The notes under the pieces were generated by a model. It worked only from the letters and a program-made list of their open reading frames with translations, was not told where the DNA came from and searched no databases. A stretch of 64,000 bases of DNA, from positions 32,001 to 96,000 of the IMG/VR virus record IMGVR_UViG_3300026121_000008, one strand, 5' to 3'. Both the position numbers and the translations under genes were made by a program. Position 1 is the stretch's first letter. Every line of letters begins with the position of its first letter. Below, in pieces: positions 20,226 to 29,092 of the stretch. Source of the stretch: a virus. Its lineage: Duplodnaviria > Caudoviricetes.

Positions 20226-21323
20226 ATGGCATCACAGAAGATCGCCTTTTCTCCGAGTCTGATTCCCCTCGTCGGGGATGCGACTGCCGCCCTTGTCCTG
20301 TGTCAGATCATGTACTGGCACCAAGGGCGGCTGCGAGTTCCCCGCCACGGGAGGCTCTGGTTGGCCAAGTCTCGATTGGAGATGTGCGCGGAAACAGGGA
20401 TTACGCTTGAACAATACAAGCGCATTATGCCATTATTGGTCCAGCGTGGACTTATCCTCATGGAGCGGGGGTTGTTCAACAACAAAGTGACCCCCCACAT
20501 CCGGCTCACGGAGCTAGGATTTGCCACCATGAAAGAGCACTTGTTGGGAGATGACATCAAGCATCTGGCGGAGGTCTACTACAAACAATCGTTTGTAAAT
20601 GGCTCCAATCCATTATTTGCTCTTAACTCCAATCTTATAACAGAGATTACTACAGAGAACACGACAGAGAGTGATAAATCAAAGGTCAAGAAATACGCCG
20701 AAAAAACCGGCGTAGATCCGGAAGAGAAAGATCAAGATCAAGAGATCCGGCAAGAGCAAGAGCACAAGGGAAAGACGATCAAGAACAGTGAAGATCCGAA
20801 GAAGAACAATATAGCCCCGAATTTGCACTTTCTGAGTGCAAACGGTCAGCAGGAGCACGCGATGAAGGCCCACGAGATTCTGCAGGCGAAGGAACCCTCC
20901 CCACACGGTAGTCTCGTCGCCTATTGGAAATCCCGATGCCACACCGTCTCGGGAGAGTATCAGCATCACCTAACTGGGCAAGAGGGAGGACAATTGAAAC
21001 ACCTGTCCAAATTCTTGGGGGAGCAGACTCGCCCCGTCATCGACTACGCCGTGACGAACTGGTGGAAGTTCGCCAGTCTGGCGGCGCTCAAAGCGGGCCT
21101 GAAGACGTGGCCCACGGCTCCGCACATCGGGTATCTCTTGAAGCACTACCATGTGGCGGTGAATTTGCTTATCCCCTTGGCGACAGCCTCTCCGATAGGA
21201 GCGGAGGAGGCGGCTCCAGTGCAACCAATTGCACTCGCTGGAGTGACGAGTAAGAAGAGAGGCCATCTGCGTTCGCCAGAGGAGTTGGCGGCGTTACTGG
21301 AGAAGGATCTCAAATCTCCGTGA
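20226..21323 (+). CDS. Replication initiator (N-terminal wHTH, replisome-organizer type)
   Basis: AALVLCQIMYW...WLAKSRLEMCAETGIT wHTH motif; ITEITTENTT linker; directly upstream of loader and helicase genes. Confidence 0.7.
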   Translation: MASQKIAFSPSLIPLVGDATAALVLCQIMYWHQGRLRVPRHGRLWLAKSRLEMCAETGITLEQYKRIMPLLVQRGLILMERGLFNNKVTPHIRLTELGFATMKEHLLGDDIKHLAEVYYKQSFVNGSNPLFALNSNLITEITTENTTESDKSKVKKYAEKTGVDPEEKDQDQEIRQEQEHKGKTIKNSEDPKKNNIAPNLHFLSANGQQEHAMKAHEILQAKEPSPHGSLVAYWKSRCHTVSGEYQHHLTGQEGGQLKHLSKFLGEQTRPVIDYAVTNWWKFASLAALKAGLKTWPTAPHIGYLLKHYHVAVNLLIPLATASPIGAEEAAPVQPIALAGVTSKKRGHLRSPEELAALLEKDLKSP

Positions 21324-21877
21324 GGAGCAGGACCGTGATCACAACTGGAAGCGTACTCGACGCGGTGGAACATTCTCGAATCATCCAAGATTTCGAGAAC
21401 GTGTGTACGACGGCAGGGATTCAGGGACACTTTCTTCGTGAACCCTTGGCGCAGTATTGCGGGGACGTCGAGGTAGACTGGGTGCGGAAATTCCGGAAGT
21501 ATCGGGCCGAAGGTCTGCCCGGACTGGTCTTGGCCGGAGTGAAGCGTCCAGAAGTCCGGTGTCAGGCGATTGCGGCGGCATTCGTGCGGAACTATATCGA
21601 CGCCCGCGTGACGCCGTTGAATACGATCATCGATAGCACTATGGACGGGGGGCATCCGGCGTCTCCGACTGTGCTGCTGATTCCGAACCTCTACATGACG
21701 GTTCTGTCGGGGAAGTTCCCCGCATGGCGGGTGCAGGTCATGTATGACCTCCTGCTGGAGCGATCCATCAAGGAGAAGCCCACGGTGGTGTATGTCGAAA
21801 CGCTGGAAGGCGTGGCCGGGTTGTATGGCACGCCGTTCCGGGAATTTTTGGACGGTTTCAAACTCGTGACGGAGTAA
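21320..21877 (+). CDS. Degenerate DnaC/IstB-like helicase loader
   Basis: GLVLAG, VLLIPNL, YDLLLERSIKEKPTVV and LYG follow the DnaC layout, but the Walker A GKT and Walker B acidic residues are missing. Confidence 0.6.
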   Translation: MRSRTVITTGSVLDAVEHSRIIQDFENVCTTAGIQGHFLREPLAQYCGDVEVDWVRKFRKYRAEGLPGLVLAGVKRPEVRCQAIAAAFVRNYIDARVTPLNTIIDSTMDGGHPASPTVLLIPNLYMTVLSGKFPAWRVQVMYDLLLERSIKEKPTVVYVETLEGVAGLYGTPFREFLDGFKLVTE

Positions 21878-21879
21878 AC

Positions 21880-23166
21880 GTGGCGTATGGACTTGGCACC
21901 AAGGTGATTCGGCGGCTCTGTGAGGAACAGAGTTCGCTCCAGTGGTTCAAAGCAAAACTCCGGCCCGTGCTGTTCAAACCCTACGAACAAGATCTGTTCG
22001 AGTGGGTGTCGGACCATGTGCGGGTGCATCACACCCTGCCGCAACTGGTGACGATTGAAACCCAGTTCCCGGACGTGGCGGCAGTGGCGACCCCGGAACC
22101 GTCGAGCTACTACCTGCTGCAACTGGAGCAGCAGTACTGCTACGAGCGGCTGAACAAGGCGAACCTCGATTCGCAAGCCATTCTGAAAGAGGACCAGACG
22201 GCGAACGAGGCCGCACTGGAGGTGCAACGGACGGCCTTGCGGGAGATTGTGGCGCAGAAGTTCCGGGCGCGGATTCTGGACGTGGGGAAGGAAGCGGGAG
22301 ACTTGGTGCTCCATGCGTACCATCACACGCCGGAGTATGTCGCGGAGTTTGGGTGGCCCTATCTGGACCAGCAGTCCGGGGGCGTCATGCCGGGGGATGT
22401 CATCTCCTTCGTGGGACGGCCTGCCGCAGGCAAGACATGGTTGACCCTCTGGACGGCCCTCCACAACTGGGCCGGATTGAAGCTGAACGTCCTCTTCGCG
22501 TCCATGGAGATGGCGACACTCCCCGTCGCCCAGCGCATCACCTCGCTGTATACGCACCAGAACATTGCCCAGTTGAAGATGTCGGGGTATAGCCAGCAGA
22601 CCATGGCGAAGTTCACGCATGGGTTGAAATTTTTTAAGCTGGAAGAAGCCAGCATGTATCTCGTGGACGCCAACCTTGCGACGAGCGCGGAAGACCTGTT
22701 CGACTTAGCCGAGATGCTGAAATGCAAGGTGATTTTTATTGACGGGGCCTATCTGCTCCGGCACCAGAACCTCCGGCTGGACCGGTATACCCGTGCGGCG
22801 GAGAACGTCGAACTGATCAAGCGGTATTGTTCCAACCAAGAGGCCATGGCGTTTTGCTCGTGGCAGTTCAACCGCGAAGCCTCCAAGAAGCAGAAGAAGG
22901 GCAAGGGCGACCAAGGGGGCCTCGAAGACATCGGCTACTCGGATGCCATCGGCCAGATTTCCAGCATTGCCCTCTCGCTGTATCAGGAAGACGGCATCGA
23001 GACCTTGAAGGAGCGGAAGGTGAAAGTCCTGAAAGGCCGGAACGGGGAAGTGGGGCAGTTCTCGATTGCGTGGGATTTTACGGCGATGACGTTCAAGCAA
23101 CTGAATCCCGCGCCGGAAGAAGCGGTGAAGGTGTTCGAGGAACCGCAGGATGAGTTGTCGGTGTAG
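21880..23166 (+). CDS. dnaB: Replicative DnaB-like (SF4) helicase
   Basis: Walker A GRPAAGKT; FASMEM; IFIDGAYLL; QFNRE; IGYSDAIGQ; KGRNGE. Confidence 0.9.
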   Translation: MAYGLGTKVIRRLCEEQSSLQWFKAKLRPVLFKPYEQDLFEWVSDHVRVHHTLPQLVTIETQFPDVAAVATPEPSSYYLLQLEQQYCYERLNKANLDSQAILKEDQTANEAALEVQRTALREIVAQKFRARILDVGKEAGDLVLHAYHHTPEYVAEFGWPYLDQQSGGVMPGDVISFVGRPAAGKTWLTLWTALHNWAGLKLNVLFASMEMATLPVAQRITSLYTHQNIAQLKMSGYSQQTMAKFTHGLKFFKLEEASMYLVDANLATSAEDLFDLAEMLKCKVIFIDGAYLLRHQNLRLDRYTRAAENVELIKRYCSNQEAMAFCSWQFNREASKKQKKGKGDQGGLEDIGYSDAIGQISSIALSLYQEDGIETLKERKVKVLKGRNGEVGQFSIAWDFTAMTFKQLNPAPEEAVKVFEEPQDELSV

Positions 23167-23175
23167 GGGGACGTC

Positions 23176-23511
23176 GTGTTACGGTTTCTGAAAAGTAGAC
23201 TCACGCGCCACCCGTCATGGGTGTTGATCAAACGGCATCTGGAGATTCAGGCGTTACCGCCCCGGTGTGGGCGCACCCGGCTGGAGATTGATCGATCCCG
23301 GATTCCCCCAGACGAGCAACAGCAATTACTGGACATTGAGATGCCGTGCGTGGCGTGTGGGCAGATGATTCATCCGGTGAAAAAGCGGGTGGGGTGGCGG
23401 ACGTTGTATGTGCATGTGACGTGTGACGCGGATGTGAACAAGGGGTGTTCTCGGTCCAAAGCCGCACGCCGGGAAATTGATGCGATTGTTGTCGCGTTGT
23501 GGCAGGGGTAA
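23176..23511 (+). CDS. Hypothetical protein with CxxC motif
   Basis: ORF track; CVACG plus further Cys residues. Confidence 0.45.
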   Translation: MLRFLKSRLTRHPSWVLIKRHLEIQALPPRCGRTRLEIDRSRIPPDEQQQLLDIEMPCVACGQMIHPVKKRVGWRTLYVHVTCDADVNKGCSRSKAARREIDAIVVALWQG

Positions 23512-23534
23512 ACGGCATCCGCCACGGAGGGCCA

Positions 23535-23750
23535 ATGAAATCCATGGGTGATCACACCGGGAAGTTGTCAGAACGGATCGAGGAAGAAATTCGTGTATTG
23601 TTGGAGTGGAGCAACATTCACGGACGCACGAAGCGGGCCGTGATGGACCGGGTGCGGGAACTGCATGTCCGGGCCGTCGTAGAGAAGAAGTCCTCCCTGA
23701 AGTTGTTGAGACGTGGGGAACTGAAGGAGTCACGAGTCACATGGCATTGA
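23535..23750 (+). CDS. Small hypothetical protein
   Basis: GGAGG RBS. Confidence 0.5.
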   Translation: MKSMGDHTGKLSERIEEEIRVLLEWSNIHGRTKRAVMDRVRELHVRAVVEKKSSLKLLRRGELKESRVTWH

Positions 23751-24229
23751 AGATGCACACGAAAGTGATCACGGTCCCGGCTGAGCCGGTGGCGGTGATC
23801 GAGCCGCAGAAAGTCTTTGTGGAACTCCCCGACCAGACGGTCGTGGAGACGTTGACGGCGGAATACATCGACCTCTATCGGAAGTATGACTACTTCGAGG
23901 TCAAGGCCCTGCTGAAGCGGATGGACGAGATCAAAAAGCAGTTGCAGGCGGTGGCCAACGAGACGGTGGACGACCTGACCCCGGCGGTCTTCACCTCCCC
24001 AGAAGGGGACGTGGAGTTCTCACCGCGAGGCAAAAGTGTGGAGGTGCCAGACCCGCTGGGTCTCATCTACCAGTTGCTGGAGAAGTTTGGACCGGAGGTC
24101 ACGGCCAGTGTCATCACCATCGCCATCACGCCCCTGCGGAAGGTGCTGAGCGAGTACGAATTGAAACCGCACTTGCAGGAGAAGCTGGGCTCCCGTACGC
24201 TACGAGCCGTGCGTCCGTTGCACGGGTAG
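23741..24229 (+). CDS. Hypothetical protein (coiled-coil N-terminus)
   Basis: AAGGAG upstream; coding-like codon usage. Confidence 0.6.
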   Translation: MALKMHTKVITVPAEPVAVIEPQKVFVELPDQTVVETLTAEYIDLYRKYDYFEVKALLKRMDEIKKQLQAVANETVDDLTPAVFTSPEGDVEFSPRGKSVEVPDPLGLIYQLLEKFGPEVTASVITIAITPLRKVLSEYELKPHLQEKLGSRTLRAVRPLHG

Positions 24230-24331
24230 GGCGCAGGCCGGTCACCGGATGACCCTCTGCGTGTGCGGGGGGCACCGGGATGTGGGGGGCGGGTCTGCGT
24301 CCTACTGTGCGACGGACCAGAGGAGGTCATC

Positions 24332-24508
24332 GTGATTAGCCTGTTGATCGTGCTCGTGATTGTGGGCGTGCTGCTCTACCTCGTGGAAACGTACGTGCCC
24401 ATGGCTCCGCCTATCAAAGTCATCATCCGGGTCATCACGATCCTGTTGGTGGTCCTGTGGCTCCTGAAGGCGCTGACGGGCGAAGGCCCCGGTATCAATC
24501 TGCGGTAG
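24332..24508 (+). CDS. Small two-TM membrane protein (Thivi_2564-like)
   Basis: GGAGG RBS; LLIVLVIVGVLLYLVETYVPMAPPIKVII...VVLWLL. Confidence 0.7.
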   Translation: MISLLIVLVIVGVLLYLVETYVPMAPPIKVIIRVITILLVVLWLLKALTGEGPGINLR

Positions 24509-24510
24509 CC

Positions 24511-24738
24511 ATGGACGAGCAGATGTGCGGGTGGACCATCTACCGCCACCCCCTCGATTTCCCCGACCATTACGTGGTGCGGCAGTGGTGGGTGCTGGAG
24601 GGCGGGGTCTTGGTTGCGAAACTCGTGGGCATCGTATGCCACAGCTTGGAGGAGGCGCGGGAGCAGATCCCACCCTCCGCCATTTGCATTCCGAGAGAAG
24701 ATGCGGACGACGCGGTGATAGTCGAAACCTATTTGTGA
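24511..24738 (+). CDS. Conserved small phage hypothetical protein
   Basis: WTIY.HP.DFPDHYVVR.W ... LEEARE.IP ... R...DD.VIVET pattern. Confidence 0.65.
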   Translation: MDEQMCGWTIYRHPLDFPDHYVVRQWWVLEGGVLVAKLVGIVCHSLEEAREQIPPSAICIPREDADDAVIVETYL

Positions 24739-24746
24739 GGTGTGAG

Positions 24747-24947
24747 ATGGCGATTCCGAGACATGAGCAGTTGCTGAACTTCGTGCCGTCCTACCGGGCC
24801 GGGTATGTGTCATCCGGAGGCCGGGACGAAGACCTGAAGGATGATGAAGAGGTCGTCAAGAAAATGGATGCCGTGAACGTCCAGACGGAAGCCCAAGCCG
24901 AGAAGGCGGGCCGGGACGAAGGGTTCAAGGTGCGACAGCAGAGATGA
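24747..24947 (+). CDS. Small hypothetical protein
   Basis: GAGG RBS; stop overlaps the primase start (ATGA). Confidence 0.5.
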   Translation: MAIPRHEQLLNFVPSYRAGYVSSGGRDEDLKDDEEVVKKMDAVNVQTEAQAEKAGRDEGFKVRQQR

Positions 24948-25903
24948 GGGCCGATCAAGCCGTGGCCTTTTTGCAGGCCCTTCGAGCGAAGCAGATTCGC
25001 GTGAAAGAGAGCGGGTGGGTGGAGAGTAGTTGCCCACTCGCTCCATGGAATCATTCCAACCACCATGACCATCGGCCCAGCTTTGGGCTCAAAATTGCCC
25101 CCGGCAGTCGAAGCCACTTCCTGTGCTTCGCCTGTCGGCAGGGCAGTGCCGAAGCACTCCTCCATACCCTTGAACTGTACGCCAAGGGCACCGGCATTTA
25201 CGACTTCGGGACGTGCCACCAGATCCTGATGGACGAGGAGTATGTGGTGCCGCTCCCCCCGTTCGGGGAGACGCTGGCTCCGGAGCATGTCTTCAGCGAG
25301 TGGCCCGCATATTGGGTCGAAAACTTCACCCCCGCCACCTTTTCGCTGGAGGCGATGCTGTATCTGCAGGGCCGGGGTGTCTCGATGGAGACTGCCGAAG
25401 ACTTTAACCTCCGGTATGACCAGAAGCGGTCGATGATCATCAGTCCCTACTGGGACGTGTATGGGCGACTGGCCGGGGGCCGGGGCCGATCTGTCCTGTC
25501 ATCAAGTTCATTGAAGCATTACGATTACACGTTCCAAGGGGTGAACAACGCCCGGTTCGTCTGGTATAACGAGCCCGTCCTGAACCTTACGGGACCGGTG
25601 GTCGTCGTTGAAGGACAGTTCGATCTGTTCCGGACCATCCAAGCGTACCCGAAGGTTGTGGCCAACCTCACCGCGAAGCCTACCGCTGAGAAAATGAAGA
25701 AGCTCGGGGACAGCGGGACGGTCCTCCAGATTCCCGACCGGGATGAAGCGGGCTACCAGAGCGTGGGGTACTACTCTCGGCACTGTCAGCAGCTAGGGCT
25801 GACGCACAAAGTCATCTGGCTCGATGAGGGCGTGAAAGACGCGGCAGAGTGTGCCTCTGAGTATCTGAAAGAAAAAATTTATCAGGCACTCAATTGCACT
25901 TGA
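24944..25903 (+). CDS. DNA primase (Zn finger + TOPRIM)
   Basis: CPLAPWNH...D..PSF...CFAC; YLQGRG; VVVEGQFD; PDRDEAG; KDAAE. Confidence 0.9.
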   Translation: MRADQAVAFLQALRAKQIRVKESGWVESSCPLAPWNHSNHHDHRPSFGLKIAPGSRSHFLCFACRQGSAEALLHTLELYAKGTGIYDFGTCHQILMDEEYVVPLPPFGETLAPEHVFSEWPAYWVENFTPATFSLEAMLYLQGRGVSMETAEDFNLRYDQKRSMIISPYWDVYGRLAGGRGRSVLSSSSLKHYDYTFQGVNNARFVWYNEPVLNLTGPVVVVEGQFDLFRTIQAYPKVVANLTAKPTAEKMKKLGDSGTVLQIPDRDEAGYQSVGYYSRHCQQLGLTHKVIWLDEGVKDAAECASEYLKEKIYQALNCT

Positions 25904-25928
25904 CAAAGTAAAGGGTGCATGGTATCCT
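25900..25928 (+). promoter_or_regulatory. sigma70-like promoter TTGACA-N17-TATCCT
   Basis: Consensus spacing; the 14-bp palindrome at 25885 lies just upstream. Confidence 0.75.
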
Positions 25929-25968
25929 TGGCGACGGTCGAATTTCCGACCACAAGGAGTCCACCCCA

Positions 25969-26757
25969 TTGGCGTTCAAATTCCTCAAGACAGGCGCAGA
26001 GAGTGCCAAAATGGCACAACGAGCCGCCGCTGAAGCGGAACAACGGTTCTCGGACAAGGGCAAGATGTTCCGGTTCTGGCTCAAGGAGAAAGAAGAAGCC
26101 CGGATCACGTTCGTGGATGGCGACCTCGCTAAGGAAGGGGATCTGGCCGGGTATCTCGACCCGCCCCGTTACTACGAGCACAGCATCAAGCTGAATGGCT
26201 CGTGGAACAATCATTTCATCTGCCCGGAGCGCACGGACCCCGCGACCGGAGTGAAGTGCGTCATCTGTGAACTGAAACCGGACAACCGTCCATCCCTCGT
26301 GGCCCTGTTCACGGTCATCGACCATCGACAGGTCCAGTCTACCAAGGACAAGTCGAAGACGTGGAAGGACACGAAGAAGCTGTTCGTCGCCAAGTCCCAG
26401 ACGTTCGAGTTCCTCACCAAGCTGGCCATCAAGCGCAAGGGGTTGGCGGGTTGCACGTTCGACGCTTCTCGCGTGGGCGACAAGTCCGCTGCCGTGGGGA
26501 GCATGTTCGAGTTCGTGGAGAAGCACGACGTCGCGGAACTGCAGAAGCTCTACACCATCGAGAAGATCGATCCGAAGACCAACACCAAGGTCAAGGTGAC
26601 GAACTTCACGCCTGCGGACTACGAGGCAGAGATGCCCTACAAGACGCCGGAGGAACTGCGGAAGTTGCTGGCGGCTGATTCGGATGATCCCGTTCCTTTT
26701 AACAAGCCCGGAGGGAAGACGGGGACCGGGGCCGTAGACTACTCAGGCAAGTTGTAA
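25969..26757 (+). CDS. Single-stranded DNA-binding protein (gp32-like, Zn-binding)
   Basis: TTG start after AAGGAG; RFWLK...ARITFVD, YYEH, C...C..C, TVIDHR; replication-module context. Confidence 0.7.
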   Translation: MAFKFLKTGAESAKMAQRAAAEAEQRFSDKGKMFRFWLKEKEEARITFVDGDLAKEGDLAGYLDPPRYYEHSIKLNGSWNNHFICPERTDPATGVKCVICELKPDNRPSLVALFTVIDHRQVQSTKDKSKTWKDTKKLFVAKSQTFEFLTKLAIKRKGLAGCTFDASRVGDKSAAVGSMFEFVEKHDVAELQKLYTIEKIDPKTNTKVKVTNFTPADYEAEMPYKTPEELRKLLAADSDDPVPFNKPGGKTGTGAVDYSGKL

Positions 26758-26838
26758 CGAGGTTCAGGGGATGGGTCAGGGTCGTTTGCGGGTCTCATTC
26801 CGACAGACGGGGCTCCCTGCCCGTCCCCTGAGCAAGTC

Positions 26839-28185
26839 ATGGAGGAATGTGTGGGGTATGTAACGAACAACGTGCCGATCCGGACAGGGGCGATGAGTGC
26901 GTACCCCTATGCGAAGTGGCTGGAATCGCTCTACACGTTCCCGGACGCCTTCGAGGGTCTGATCGTGTGCGGGGCCGTCCGGAAGGGCAACATCCTCTGG
27001 GTGCCCCGTGAGAGCGTCCCGTATGCGCCTCCCCCGGAGGATTACCGGGTCAGCTATCCGCCGACGCCCATTCCGGTGACCTTCAAGCCCCGGAATCCGG
27101 AGCAGGCGACCCTGTGCCAGAAGTCCTTGAAACTTTTACGCGAGGGACAGAGTCATATCTTTGAAGCTCCTACGGGGTGGGGCAAGACCGTGGTCGGCGG
27201 AGCCATTGCGGCAGGCTTCGGTCAGCCGACGCTGATCGTGGTCACCAAAGAAGACCTGATGCACCAGTGGCGCGATTCGCTGACACAGGTGCTCGGGGTC
27301 TCCCCCTCGCTCATCGGCCAGATTCAGGCCGATGTGTGCGACTGGGAAGGCAAGCAGTTCGTCCTCGGTATGGTCCAGAGCCTGATCCTCGAAGACCGCT
27401 ACCCGCCGGAGATGTACCGGCACTTCGGTCTCCAGATTCTGGACGAAGTGCATTTGATGGCCGCAGATTGTTTCGTCCGGGTGTGCCAGAAGGTCTCCGC
27501 GAAGTACCGGCTGGGGTTCAGTGCGACCCCTACGCGCCGGGACGGCAAGACCCAGTTGCTCCACTGGCACATCGGCCCCACCATGGTCAAGGGCACGGTG
27601 CTCGACGCCAAGGCCAAGGTGCTCATCCGGCAGACGGGCTGGAAGATCCCCTGCCGTACCGGACGGTATGGGCAGGCAGAGCCGATTCCGCATTCGCCCG
27701 GTCGGATGATGCAAGTCTCCAAGGCCATGGCGTCCTCGGAAGGGCGCAATCTGGAGATTGTCAACTTCGTGGTGCAGTGCTACCAGAATGGACGGACGAC
27801 GCTGGTGCTCTCCGACCTGAGAGAGAGCCATCTGGACCGGCTGTTTCAGATGTTGACAAACGAGGGCGTACCGGGTAATGATATTGGGTATTACGTGGGC
27901 GGAATGTCCAAAATTGAATTGTCGTTCACCAAGCAACGACGAGTGGTCCTTGGGACTTATAAGATGTGCTCAACAGGCACCGACGTACCCGCATGGGATT
28001 CCTTGGTGATGGCGACACCCCGCGCTGATGTGAAGCAGGCGGTGGGCCGAGTGTTGAGAGCGGTTGACGGAAAGAAACAGCCAGTGATTTTGGATCTGGT
28101 TGACTCCAATGCCATCTTCCAAGGGTTCCACCTTGCTCGGCTCAAGCAGTATTACTCGCTTGGCGCGGAGATTGTACGTGTGTAA
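26839..28185 (+). CDS. SF2 DExH helicase (UvsW/XPB-like)
   Basis: APTGWGKT; ILDEVH; GFSATPTR.DG; TGTDVP; QAVGRVLR. Confidence 0.9.
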   Translation: MEECVGYVTNNVPIRTGAMSAYPYAKWLESLYTFPDAFEGLIVCGAVRKGNILWVPRESVPYAPPPEDYRVSYPPTPIPVTFKPRNPEQATLCQKSLKLLREGQSHIFEAPTGWGKTVVGGAIAAGFGQPTLIVVTKEDLMHQWRDSLTQVLGVSPSLIGQIQADVCDWEGKQFVLGMVQSLILEDRYPPEMYRHFGLQILDEVHLMAADCFVRVCQKVSAKYRLGFSATPTRRDGKTQLLHWHIGPTMVKGTVLDAKAKVLIRQTGWKIPCRTGRYGQAEPIPHSPGRMMQVSKAMASSEGRNLEIVNFVVQCYQNGRTTLVLSDLRESHLDRLFQMLTNEGVPGNDIGYYVGGMSKIELSFTKQRRVVLGTYKMCSTGTDVPAWDSLVMATPRADVKQAVGRVLRAVDGKKQPVILDLVDSNAIFQGFHLARLKQYYSLGAEIVRV

Positions 28186-28190
28186 GGAGA

Positions 28191-28664
28191 ATGGTTATGG
28201 CATTGATCTGGAAGGCACAGGAGGCACTCCCAACGATTCCTGAGCCCGTGAAACATCCCGGCTTCTCGTGGGATGACTGGTATGCAAAGAACCGGACCCG
28301 GCTCTCGGAAAAGCGGGCGAAGCGGTATCGTGAAGATGCAGGTTACCGGGCCGCTGCACTGGAGCGCAGCCGTCAACAGCGGGAAGCCAAGAAGACCCCG
28401 GTCACGGATGGGTACACGGTGTCCTTCAACGACGCCGCGCAGACGCTCGGCATCACGGTCTGGGTCTTGAGAGAGTGGCGACGGAAGAATTACTTTCCGG
28501 AGCCCCATCGGCGGGACGGACGTCTCTGGTTCAGTCCCGCGCAAGTGAAACTGATCGGGAAGGTGCGGCAGTTCTTCGATCAGCGCGGCCATCGGGTCAC
28601 GCAGGCCAATCGGTCGGATCTCGAAGACGTCGTGAATCTGGTGTACTCGAATTGGATCGACTAG
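28191..28664 (+). CDS. DNA-binding protein with C-terminal MerR/excisionase-like HTH
   Basis: SFNDAAQTLGITVWVLREWRRKNYFPEP...RLWFS. Confidence 0.7.
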   Translation: MVMALIWKAQEALPTIPEPVKHPGFSWDDWYAKNRTRLSEKRAKRYREDAGYRAAALERSRQQREAKKTPVTDGYTVSFNDAAQTLGITVWVLREWRRKNYFPEPHRRDGRLWFSPAQVKLIGKVRQFFDQRGHRVTQANRSDLEDVVNLVYSNWID

Positions 28665-28671
28665 CCAAGGA

Positions 28672-29043
28672 GTGGGTGTGGGATTGATCGTGAAGGGCGG
28701 GAAGACACCGGGCGTGAAAAAACCCGGCGTGAACTACGGGCACCATCTGACGACCCAGCCGGTCACCGGCAAAGTGTCGTCGGCCAAGTCGGTGGCAGGC
28801 ACGGTGGTCGCAGAGACGCTGGACGAAACGACCACGGTGCATCCGGGGGTGTTCACGGACGGCATGTCCATCACGGTCACGGGGGGACGGACACTGAATC
28901 TGGGCAACTACGAGTCAGCCAAGGTGTCCGTCTCTCTGACTGTCCCGTGTGACACCAATTGCATCAACGAGGCGTATGACTGGGCCACGTCGTGGGTGTC
29001 CAACCGCATCGAAATCGCGGTGGCTCAAGCGAAAAAGGCTTGA
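28672..29043 (+). CDS. Hypothetical phage protein (RTLNLGNYES motif)
   Basis: AAGGAG RBS; T.NLGNYES..V motif recurrent in phage replication modules. Confidence 0.65.
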   Translation: MGVGLIVKGGKTPGVKKPGVNYGHHLTTQPVTGKVSSAKSVAGTVVAETLDETTTVHPGVFTDGMSITVTGGRTLNLGNYESAKVSVSLTVPCDTNCINEAYDWATSWVSNRIEIAVAQAKKA

Positions 29044-29068
29044 CTCTTTGCCCCAGACCCGGTATACT
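29040..29068 (+). promoter_or_regulatory. sigma70-like promoter TTGACT-N17-TATACT
   Basis: Near-consensus; upstream of the RecA-like gene. Confidence 0.75.
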
Positions 29069-29092
29069 CTCCGTTTCCGCAAGGAGTGCTGA

